Assembly: GCA_001768965.1 (NCBI GenBank)
Contig: MEMY01000052.1
Location: forward strand, 15,472-52,462
From: an archaeon RBG_16_50_20
GTDB lineage: Archaea > Thermoproteota > Bathyarchaeia > 40CM-2-53-6
Direction of reading: 5' to 3'
Length of the DNA stretch: 36,991 nucleotides
The notes under the pieces were generated by a model. That model was not told the DNA's origin. It searched no databases and was given only the letters and a program-made list of their open reading frames with translations. The translations under genes were made by a program, and so were the position numbers. Shown piece after piece: positions 23,938-31,399 of the stretch. Position 1 is the first letter of the stretch; the number at the start of each line of letters is the position of its first letter.

Positions 23938-26916
23938 TTGGAGACCCTGACCCCTCGAAGGTTCTTTGCTATTCTGATTCTTGCAATTACACTTTTTTCA
24001 GTGGCAGCCGAAGGGGTCGGTGCGACCTCACTTTTCGATGAGAGAGTAATACTCAACTGGAAGGCCGATCCCCCACTCAAAGCGGCTCTCCCAAACATCC
24101 TGCAAAATTCTCAAACTAAGGTCAGCGTCATAGTTGTGTTCTCAAGCATCCCTTCCTCTTGGCAACTTCATGCTCTCCAGGCCTTAGGAACTATTCGCAC
24201 TTTTACTGGACATGTGGCCACGATCGACGTGGCGCCGACTTCGCTCGTACAACTTGCCGCTCTCAGCTTCGTGGACCGCATCTCCAAACCGAAGATATTG
24301 AAGAGTGAACTCGACGTAAGCGTCCCTGACATCCTGGCGGACCAAGTCTGGAATGAGGTAAGAAATCCGGCTGGGAATCCTGTTGATGGTTCCGGTGTTG
24401 TAGTCGGCATAGTGGATTCTGGGATCGACTATCTTCACAAGGACTTCATGTTCAGGAACGGCACAAACAAGATTCTCTACATCTGGGACCAGTCGGTCGA
24501 CGGAAAACCACCTTCAGCGTTCAATTATGGAAATGAATGTTCGCCTATCGATATTCAAAGCCAGACCTGCAGCGAAGTGGACGGCGGCTCGAACGGACAG
24601 GAACCAGGACATGGGACGGCAGTCGCGGCAGTAGCGGCGAGTACAGGACAGGCGACCTCGGGCCTCGACAGTTGCCTCCTCTTTGAAGGTACAAGATGGT
24701 TCGATATAACTTCAAAGTGTCAGGCAACTAATGTAAAGCCCTTCCCCATACTTCTCAAACCAAATGACTACTTGTATTTCGGCAGCGTAGAACAGTTCAA
24801 CAAGATATTTTTTGATCTAGCAACCGGAGGCAGCTACGAGACACTAACCTGGGAATACTCCAGAGGATCTGGGTCTTGGGCCAAATTGCCCAATGATACG
24901 ATCACCGTTGACTCGCACGAGCTTAGTTTTGTATCCAAGGCGGATGGAACTGCAGGGCTAAGTCGAAATGGAACATTCGCATTCGCGCCACCAGTACCTT
25001 GGAAACCCGACACTCTCAATGAAGTGGGCGACATGTATTGGCTTCGGCTTAATGCACAGGAGGTTGGTAAGCCCGCGACGGCTAATCGAATCCTGAGAAC
25101 ACCGTCGTATGTCGGTGTTGCTCCGGGCGCATCCATCGTCGCGGTGAAACTGAGAAGTGGAAGCGAGGATCATGTGCTTGACGGAATGAGTTACGTGATT
25201 CAAAAGGCGCGGGAGCTTGGTCGCCCACTCGTAATCGACCACAGCCTCGGCAGTTCTCTGGGATCTCATGATGGAACTGAACCACTTGAAATCGCTATGA
25301 CAGATCTTGCACAAGACGGTGTCCCGATAGTCGTCGCAGCAGGCAACTCTAGGAACTTGAACCTACACGCTAGAGGAAAACTATCGCCTGGACAATCAAT
25401 GACCGTCTACTGGTCCGTTAACCAGTATGAGAGTGGAAGTTATGTTGATCTCTGGTATCCCGTCTCTGACAACATTGGAATTTCTGTGAAGACCCCATCC
25501 AGGATCAGTGTGTTCGGTCCGACGGATGAGTCTGGTGTAAATACGCCCGACGGCAATGTCCAGATCTTGACTGGAGAGCGATCTAGCGGGAAGGAGTGGT
25601 GGATTAACATAACCTCCCCACCAGGCCGAGACTTACAGACAAGTCCATGGTCCTTCACTCTGACGGGCGCAAGAATTTCGGAAGGAAGGTGGGACGCTTG
25701 GGTGGAACCAGGCCAGTTTACGTTGAACGCTACCAGCCTCTACATAATCGACCCCCAGGATACGATCGATTATCCTGGCACAGCACGCGGCGTCATAACA
25801 GTAGGTTCGTATATGACGCGCCTCTTCTGGAGGTCTGGTTGCAGCGCCTGTATTGCATACTCATTGGCCCAAGGCAAACATGGAATCTGGTGGACCACAC
25901 CCCCCGCTCCCGACGACGGGGCGTTGACATATTCTAGCAGCATGGGGCCCACGCGTGATGGGAGGATGAAACCTGAACTTGTGGCACCGGGTGCTCAGAT
26001 AATAGCGGCTCGCGCATCAACCAGACCGCAGAAGTACTCTGACCCTGACAACTATCATCAAGTCTGGCGAGGAACAAGTTTTTCCGCGCCCCATGTTGTG
26101 GGCGTCATTGCCATGATGCTTCAGATGAACCCGTACTTGACTCCAAACCAAATTAAGACCATCTTGACCCAGGATGCTACGCAGGACAAGTTCACAGGTG
26201 CGATAGACAGAGACATCGGTTCGCCACTTTGGGGTTGGGGGAAGGTGAACGCATTGGCGTCGACGGAAGATGCGCCAACACTTTACTCTGTGAGACTACA
26301 AATCGAGGCCGAGCCCGGGGATTTCATAGTCAACCTCAATCTGGATGGAGAAAGCGCGTTTGCCATTCCACTCAACCAGACAAATACGCTGATTCTCGAG
26401 TTTAGGCGAGGTGGGACACATACGATCGAACTTGCCCCTCATACGATTCAGATTTCTCCTGGAGTCAGGTATGTCGCCTCAGGTACACCGTGGGAGTTCT
26501 CCTCGGGGGGAATTAGGAAGTTCGATTATCAACTCCAATACTATCTCGAGGTAACATCACCCTATGGATACGCTATTGGCACAGGGTGGTACGGCGCAAA
26601 TACGACAGTAACAGCAGGTGTCTACCCGCTTGAGGTACCAGGGTTCCACTTCCAAGGATGGACTGGATCCGTCACCTCACCATCTTCTTCGATAAAAGTA
26701 ACAATGAATTCGGAGAAACGATTGGTAGCTCAATGGGCGGAAGACCGGCCAATGATGGACAGTTCCGCGCCCCTCAACGTTTTTCTCGTCGTGGCTTTGG
26801 CGGTCATAGGAATCGCATCTTTGGTGATGCTGTTCAAGACTGGACGCGTGAATTTGCTATCGATCCGTAGGAACGACGCGACCCGCCGATTTCGTCGACT
26901 CCTCTCCGAATCTTGA
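23938..26916 (+). CDS. membrane-anchored subtilisin-like serine protease (peptidase S8) with large insertions and C-terminal B-repeat-like modules
   Basis: 992 aa. TTG start with signal peptide METLTPRRFFAILILAITLFSVAAEG and an I9-like propeptide. Triad Asp in VGIVDSGID (24415-24417), His in GHGTAVAAVAAS (24610-24612), Ser in GTSFSAPHVVG (26077-26079); oxyanion Asn in VVAAGNS. C-terminal TM helix plus basic tail. Confidence 0.9.
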   Translation: METLTPRRFFAILILAITLFSVAAEGVGATSLFDERVILNWKADPPLKAALPNILQNSQTKVSVIVVFSSIPSSWQLHALQALGTIRTFTGHVATIDVAPTSLVQLAALSFVDRISKPKILKSELDVSVPDILADQVWNEVRNPAGNPVDGSGVVVGIVDSGIDYLHKDFMFRNGTNKILYIWDQSVDGKPPSAFNYGNECSPIDIQSQTCSEVDGGSNGQEPGHGTAVAAVAASTGQATSGLDSCLLFEGTRWFDITSKCQATNVKPFPILLKPNDYLYFGSVEQFNKIFFDLATGGSYETLTWEYSRGSGSWAKLPNDTITVDSHELSFVSKADGTAGLSRNGTFAFAPPVPWKPDTLNEVGDMYWLRLNAQEVGKPATANRILRTPSYVGVAPGASIVAVKLRSGSEDHVLDGMSYVIQKARELGRPLVIDHSLGSSLGSHDGTEPLEIAMTDLAQDGVPIVVAAGNSRNLNLHARGKLSPGQSMTVYWSVNQYESGSYVDLWYPVSDNIGISVKTPSRISVFGPTDESGVNTPDGNVQILTGERSSGKEWWINITSPPGRDLQTSPWSFTLTGARISEGRWDAWVEPGQFTLNATSLYIIDPQDTIDYPGTARGVITVGSYMTRLFWRSGCSACIAYSLAQGKHGIWWTTPPAPDDGALTYSSSMGPTRDGRMKPELVAPGAQIIAARASTRPQKYSDPDNYHQVWRGTSFSAPHVVGVIAMMLQMNPYLTPNQIKTILTQDATQDKFTGAIDRDIGSPLWGWGKVNALASTEDAPTLYSVRLQIEAEPGDFIVNLNLDGESAFAIPLNQTNTLILEFRRGGTHTIELAPHTIQISPGVRYVASGTPWEFSSGGIRKFDYQLQYYLEVTSPYGYAIGTGWYGANTTVTAGVYPLEVPGFHFQGWTGSVTSPSSSIKVTMNSEKRLVAQWAEDRPMMDSSAPLNVFLVVALAVIGIASLVMLFKTGRVNLLSIRRNDATRRFRRLLSES

Positions 26917-27364
26917 CGGCGACGCCTCGCTTGAAGAATCTCATGTCATGACCGGCCAAAACTGCCCGGCCGACCCCAAGTAGGACTCCCCCCTGGTCAG
27001 TGACGATTGCCTCCTCAGCCGGCCGTAACCTTTCATCCGCGCTCACCACGTGCTTTGCGAATACGTCGCCTCCAACTTTGATGAAGTCCGCCACATCGTT
27101 CGATACTACCACCATGTTTGGAGGGCTCTGCAGTTTGGAAAGGATCATTCTAGCCCCGTGTGGAGTAAGTGCGAGATAACCGTCCTTTGGCCTGAGCGTC
27201 GCGATGAGTTGATTTCTCCGGTAAATGTGCCTAATCCTGCCGGTTCGCGTTGAACAAGCTATCTTTGTCTCCCTATCGAACAACGCAGACCCAACTTCCT
27301 CTTCAAACTGATAGCTAGCGACTCCTCTCAGCTTTCTGATCTGAGACACGGTTGCAGGCTTCAA
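26834..27364 (-). CDS. PUA-domain RNA-binding protein (pre-PUA + PUA, archaeal type)
   Basis: 176 aa. LRGVASYQFEEEVGSALF, STRTGRIRHIYRRNQLIATLRPKDGYLALT, then PUA-like DFIKVGGDVFAKHVV...AIVTDQGGVLLGVGRAVL. TTG start. The 3' end overlaps the protease 3' end by 83 nt. Confidence 0.7.
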   Translation of the reverse strand: MKPATVSQIRKLRGVASYQFEEEVGSALFDRETKIACSTRTGRIRHIYRRNQLIATLRPKDGYLALTPHGARMILSKLQSPPNMVVVSNDVADFIKVGGDVFAKHVVSADERLRPAEEAIVTDQGGVLLGVGRAVLAGHDMRFFKRGVAVKIRRGVDEIGGSRRSYGSIANSRVQS

Positions 27365-27394
27365 ATGGACCGAGGTGCGATAGTTCGAGTAACC

Positions 27395-27402
27395 AATTTA
27401 AG
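27395..27402. promoter_or_regulatory. A/T box AATTTAAG in the 76-bp divergent PUA/MBF1 spacer; possible shared TATA element
   Basis: Centred about 40 nt upstream of MBF1 TTG 27441 and about 32 nt upstream of PUA TTG 27364, which would suit a leaderless transcript. Positional inference only. Confidence 0.25.
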
Positions 27403-27440
27403 CTTCGAGTGGGCGCAAAACGACGCAGGAAGCCCAGCTC

Positions 27441-27950
27441 TTGAATTGCGATATCTGTGGAAGAGAAATCTCCGGTCAACCCTTCAAGGTGAGGGTTGAA
27501 GGAGCGAAGATGCTTGTGTGTGGCCGATGCAGGAATCTGGGCAAACCATACGAAGAGGAGCCAACCGTGAGAAGAGCGCTAACAAAGCCGATCACGCTGC
27601 CGAGAACCGCACAGAGGAAAGCACCAGAACTTCCGAGAGGAATGGAGGCGCTGGATATTGCTGAGGATTGCGCCCAGCAAGTGCGACAGCGGCGAATGAA
27701 ACTCGGGCTCTCGCAAGAAGACCTTGCGAAGCGAGTCAGAGAGAAACTGTCAGTGATACAGAAGATCGAAACGGGGAAGATTACTCCTGATACCAAGCTT
27801 TGCAAGGAGCTTGAGCACGAACTTAAGATCAAACTTCTCGTGCCCCGCAAAGAGGCATCTGAATTTCCGAAAACGGCGGCACCAGCGGAGATCACGTTAG
27901 GTGACATCATAAAAATCAGGGACAAATCGAAATCAGCCAGGGAAGATTAG
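27441..27950 (+). CDS. mbf1: multiprotein bridging factor 1 (archaeal MBF1: zinc ribbon + Cro/C1 HTH)
   Basis: 169 aa. N-terminal zinc ribbon CDICGREI...CGRCRNLG. HTH region RMKLGLSQEDLAKRVREKLSVIQKIETGK. A TTG start is obligatory because the first CxxC sits at codons 3-6. Confidence 0.88.
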   Translation: MNCDICGREISGQPFKVRVEGAKMLVCGRCRNLGKPYEEEPTVRRALTKPITLPRTAQRKAPELPRGMEALDIAEDCAQQVRQRRMKLGLSQEDLAKRVREKLSVIQKIETGKITPDTKLCKELEHELKIKLLVPRKEASEFPKTAAPAEITLGDIIKIRDKSKSARED

Positions 27951-28501
27951 GGCCTCACTACTCTCTTCCCGTGTTCTGTGGGCACAATTCGAAGTGCCGC
28001 GTTCGGGAACTCTTCCTGCAAACCGCGGTGGTTGAACATCCAGTCAAGGAATATGCCCAGGGCGCTTACTTCACTGATCGGCTGGTTTGTTACAGAAACA
28101 TTCCAATCAGCCAGGTGGAACATTTCACCTGGAACCTTCTCTGCCCCAACCACGACCAGTTTGTTTTCATGGGAGGCTCTTATTCGCTCAATGATCTCAG
28201 GGAGTGGGATGCCGTACGCGGTCAGGTGAACCACCCTCCCGCCCGCTTTCTTCCACTCTGTGACAGAATGCCTCCAGGGCTTACCGGTCTCGATTGTGAA
28301 ACTCCCGCCGAACTGCTTTGTCACACGGTTGATAGTGTCAGTGATACGTCGGTCATGGACATCTGATATGATGATTCCATCGGCACCCAAAGCACGAGCG
28401 GTCAGGCAAACGTGGGTTGTTACACGTACGTCTCGCTGAATTCGGTGACCGAGGCGCAGAACCACTAGTTGGTTTCTACTTCGAGCGGTCTTCGTGGTCA
28501 T
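27947..28501 (-). CDS. trm56: tRNA (cytidine56-2'-O)-methyltransferase aTrm56 (SPOUT family)
   Basis: 184 aa. VVLRLGHRIQRDVRVTTHVCLTARALGADGIIIS and VHLTAYG...VVVGAEKVP match the aTrm56 pattern. Its stop overlaps the MBF1 stop within TTAG (27947-27950). Confidence 0.82.
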   Translation of the reverse strand: MTTKTARSRNQLVVLRLGHRIQRDVRVTTHVCLTARALGADGIIISDVHDRRITDTINRVTKQFGGSFTIETGKPWRHSVTEWKKAGGRVVHLTAYGIPLPEIIERIRASHENKLVVVGAEKVPGEMFHLADWNVSVTNQPISEVSALGIFLDWMFNHRGLQEEFPNAALRIVPTEHGKRVVRP

Positions 28502-28512
28502 TATGACCGAAC

Positions 28513-28701
28513 TTAGCGTGTTTTGATTATCAGATAGATACCGATTAGAAAGATTACGCTTCCGAGGAGCTCGATAATGCCCACTTTCAAGTACGTTGCG
28601 GGAGAGACGCCCCCTTGTGTCACGAATAATGACCCGGATATGGCGAGCATTGCACCTGCAAAAAACAGCATAAATCCCAAAGTGGCTAAGGTTTCTTTCA
28701 T
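28513..28701 (-). CDS. small two-helix membrane protein
   Basis: I prefer ATG 28701 (MKETLATLGFMLFFAGAMLAISG...GIIELLGSVIFLIGIYLIIKTR, 62 aa) over the track's GTG 28728. It lies 11 nt upstream of trm56 on the same strand. No family recognised. Confidence 0.45.
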   Translation of the reverse strand: MKETLATLGFMLFFAGAMLAISGSLFVTQGGVSPATYLKVGIIELLGSVIFLIGIYLIIKTR

Positions 28702-28835
28702 TTTTCGAGAGCCCGCGGACGCTAACACCCAGTCAGATTGTATAAAAGAGTTGCTTGCTTTGATGCCTGCCGCCGGATAGCCAACAAAGGATTAATGCGA
28801 AGCATCGCCCTAAGAACTGAACATTCGCAGAGGTC

Positions 28836-29360
28836 ATGGCTTTGTCGGTGCTTGATGAGGAACTGATAAAGGTCGCAAACTTATTCGGAAGCGAAGATGC
28901 GGTCGCGGTTGTAAGGAGCCTGAAGAAAATCGGCGAAGCAACCGACGAGATAATAGCCAACGATCTCAAAACCGTGAAGGAAGTTCGCCTCAACAGCGTG
29001 CGCAAAATTCTATACAAGCTCTATGATCACGGGCTTGTATCATGCACCCGAGTCAGAGATGAGAAGACAGGGTGGTTCATTTTCTATTGGCGCCTGCAAC
29101 CCGATCAACTTGATGCCTTCATTAGAAGTCGCAAAAAGAGAGCTTTGGACAAGTTGAAGCAGCGCCTTGATTTCGAACGAAATCACACATTCTTTGTCTG
29201 CAAAACCGACCTCGACATCCGTGTGACGTTCGAGGAAGGAATGGAGAGTTCATTCAAATGTGCTAAGTGCGCTAATCAACTTGAAAGTTCAGAAAACGCG
29301 GGCATGATTACCGTACTCGAAGCCAGAGTCCAAAAACTGGAGGCTGAACTCAGCCGATAA
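28836..29360 (+). CDS. tfe: transcription factor E, alpha subunit (TFE-alpha)
   Basis: 174 aa. Winged helix EIIANDLKTVKEVRLNSVRKILYKLYDHGLVSCTRVRDEKTGWFIFYWRL. The C-terminal ribbon region FFVCKTDLDIRVTFEEGMESSFKCAKCANQL has only 3 Cys. Confidence 0.85.
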   Translation: MALSVLDEELIKVANLFGSEDAVAVVRSLKKIGEATDEIIANDLKTVKEVRLNSVRKILYKLYDHGLVSCTRVRDEKTGWFIFYWRLQPDQLDAFIRSRKKRALDKLKQRLDFERNHTFFVCKTDLDIRVTFEEGMESSFKCAKCANQLESSENAGMITVLEARVQKLEAELSR

Positions 29361-29371
29361 CGCTGACCAAA

Positions 29372-30139
29372 ATGAGAGTCACACTACTCCAGAGACCTGG
29401 ACGAGTCAAGATCGACGATTTCAACACCTCTTTGAGGCAAGCGCTTTCTACGCTTGAACGCGGACTTTCCGCGAAAGCGAAGATCGCTGGATTTTCCAAA
29501 GGGGGATGGGCACAGGTCGAGGTTAATGGCGAAGATAGTGAAATTCTTGAGGAGCTGATCTCACGCGAACTTTGTCGGGCTACAACTAGCCTATCCGAAG
29601 TTGAACTCTTCGGAAACTATTCTGGAATTGTAGCGAGCGAACACAGGAATCACTTAGAGATTGATCTGGGAATCGAATCACCGAAACCCTTGACCGCAGG
29701 AATAGATCTGAGCGCACTGCGAGCACAGCTATCCGACGGAAAGACACAAACCATCGAAGAAATCACAGAAAACTATTGCGTCAACTCTGAGTCCAAGATT
29801 TCGATTCGCGTTACACGCATAGGAGCTGATTCAGGGACAATTGAAGGGTGGATGGCGGATTCGCAAATCGACTTATTCGCTGAATGGATTTCCACTAATC
29901 TTGAGCGTGTACAAGTCTATGGTTGTACTCGACCGCAACTCGATTCTTCCATAAGAAGAACCGGCCTCGAAAGAGACGTCGTCTCAATTGAAACAATGAC
30001 CCTCACAACTCATTCTGTCATCTGTAAACTAGGAACTGATTCGATCGGATTGATCCCCAAGCTGGGCTCAATTCTGCGAACAACGGAATTGAAGCCATTC
30101 ATTCCTAACCGGATAATCTCGAGATGTCGGAAATGGTGA
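29372..30139 (+). CDS. conserved hypothetical protein downstream of tfe (possibly the archaeal DUF2110 family)
   Basis: 255 aa. ATG lies 11 nt after the tfe stop, and the 3' end overlaps the lplA start by 16 nt. The DUF2110 suggestion rests only on my recollection that this family neighbours tfe in archaeal genomes, not on a motif match. Confidence 0.5.
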   Translation: MRVTLLQRPGRVKIDDFNTSLRQALSTLERGLSAKAKIAGFSKGGWAQVEVNGEDSEILEELISRELCRATTSLSEVELFGNYSGIVASEHRNHLEIDLGIESPKPLTAGIDLSALRAQLSDGKTQTIEEITENYCVNSESKISIRVTRIGADSGTIEGWMADSQIDLFAEWISTNLERVQVYGCTRPQLDSSIRRTGLERDVVSIETMTLTTHSVICKLGTDSIGLIPKLGSILRTTELKPFIPNRIISRCRKW

Positions 30140-30966
30140 TCGAAGAAGAATCGTCAAAGATTTGGAGGGTACTTGAGGTTAGCTACCCTTCGGTCTTTCA
30201 GAACCTCGCTCTTGAGGAGGCGTTGACCCGCTCTCGCATGCTGCCGACGTTTCGTCCCATTGTAAGGCTGTGGAGAAATCCCCCCTCAGTCATCGTGGGG
30301 CGGTTTCAGAATGTTGGTGCAGAAGTTGATGTCGAATTATGCGAGCAGAATGACATAGCCATCGCCAGACGGTTCACGGGCGGGGGAAGCGTTTTTCATG
30401 ATATGGGCAACTTGAACTTGACTCTTGTAACCGGCCACCCAGAAGGCATTACCCTTGGCCAACTTCACGAGAAGAACGCATCCATCATTCTAGACCTGCT
30501 TGCGCGTTTAGGATCTGAGGGCGTTCTGGTTCGGCCAAATTCCATCCATGTAGGTGGTCGAAAAATCTCGGGTGCCGCTGCCACACTGGGCCAACGCTTC
30601 GCTCTCTGGCACGCGTCGATCCTCATTTCAACTGACGTTCTCATGCTGCAACGCGTCTTAGCGCCCAGTCAGGTAATCAGGGAGACGAGGTCAATTCGAA
30701 GTAATTGGCATCCGGTGACAACTCTAGCCGAAGTGCTCCACAGATCGGTCGACCTGGAACATGTACAGAGAACGCTTCTGCAGTCGTGCAGGAGCGCGCT
30801 TGACGCGAAGCTTGAGCGGAGTGAACTGCTCGAAGATGAAAAGCAATACTCAAAATTTCTCTATGAAAGGAAATACGCCTCACAAGATTGGAATCTCCAC
30901 GGAAATTGGAAAAGCGAAGAATTGGAAGGAAAATGTAGTGAAGCTCACACAACTATAGCCGTGTGA
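30124..30966 (+). CDS. lplA: lipoate-protein ligase A, catalytic (N-terminal) domain type
   Basis: 280 aa. VRLWRNPPSVIVGRFQN, ARRFTGGGSVFHDMGNLNLTL and GGRKISGAAATLGQRFALWHASILISTD (the lysine motif of the BPL/LPL catalytic fold). No C-terminal accessory domain is present. Confidence 0.85.
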   Translation: MSEMVIEEESSKIWRVLEVSYPSVFQNLALEEALTRSRMLPTFRPIVRLWRNPPSVIVGRFQNVGAEVDVELCEQNDIAIARRFTGGGSVFHDMGNLNLTLVTGHPEGITLGQLHEKNASIILDLLARLGSEGVLVRPNSIHVGGRKISGAAATLGQRFALWHASILISTDVLMLQRVLAPSQVIRETRSIRSNWHPVTTLAEVLHRSVDLEHVQRTLLQSCRSALDAKLERSELLEDEKQYSKFLYERKYASQDWNLHGNWKSEELEGKCSEAHTTIAV

Positions 30967-31184
30967 GTCCTCTCAACACCCTTAGCGGATTGGATTTTCT
31001 TTATCACGAGTTCGGACAAAGATGTCATGTCTGAGAGTTCAAGGTATGCTATGACGTCATAAACGCCAGTCACAGCGTGAACCATTTTGACACCCTTGAT
31101 CTTTGTGACTGCTTTGGCAACTGAACGTGCCATTCCGAGTTGGGCTTGAACTAGCACGTACGCTTTGACTACCATGTCTGGCAC
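30945..31184 (-). CDS. stand-alone Lrp/AsnC ligand-binding (RAM) domain protein, no HTH (second paralog)
   Basis: 79 aa from GTG 31184. ATG 31175 gives MVVKAYVLVQ, which aligns better with the paralog's MPKAFVFMNI. Motif VHAVTGVYDVIAYLELSDMTSLSELV. Confidence 0.78.
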   Translation of the reverse strand: MPDMVVKAYVLVQAQLGMARSVAKAVTKIKGVKMVHAVTGVYDVIAYLELSDMTSLSELVIKKIQSAKGVERTHTAIVV

Positions 31185-31399
31185 CGAGCTTGTAGGTCAG
31201 CACCAACGCGTACTAAAAAGCTCCCCTCAACAGCTCATATTCCGACGTCGTGACGTCTCCCGAAATTGACAGAATTACCTGTTTTTTCCAGCGACGCGTA
31301 GTTGAGCGAATTAGGGCTACAATTGACCCTGTATGTCCCCTTTCTGCCTCACTGAGTAAACCAAAAATAGGAATCAGCAGAGGTTGTTCTGCGGTTACG

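Noticed and set aside
27476-27925. A 149-aa ORF antisense to almost the whole MBF1 gene. Similar long antisense ORFs occur at 27971-28366 (opposite trm56), 8853-9236 (opposite the LbH gene), 19441-19863 (opposite atpB), 3569-3937 and 2921-3250 (opposite ppsA) and 16571-16933.
   Set aside because: Their translations are Ser/Arg/Cys-rich and low in complexity, with no recognisable motif. Each lies opposite a gene with strong family signatures. This is the expected shadow-ORF effect at this GC content.
31244-31257. Tandem GACGTC palindromes (GACGTCGTGACGTC) in the spacer upstream of the Tyr-rich protein gene.
   Set aside because: The motif is short and self-complementary, with no second copy elsewhere that I noticed. 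It may be a binding site, but the sequence alone gives no support.
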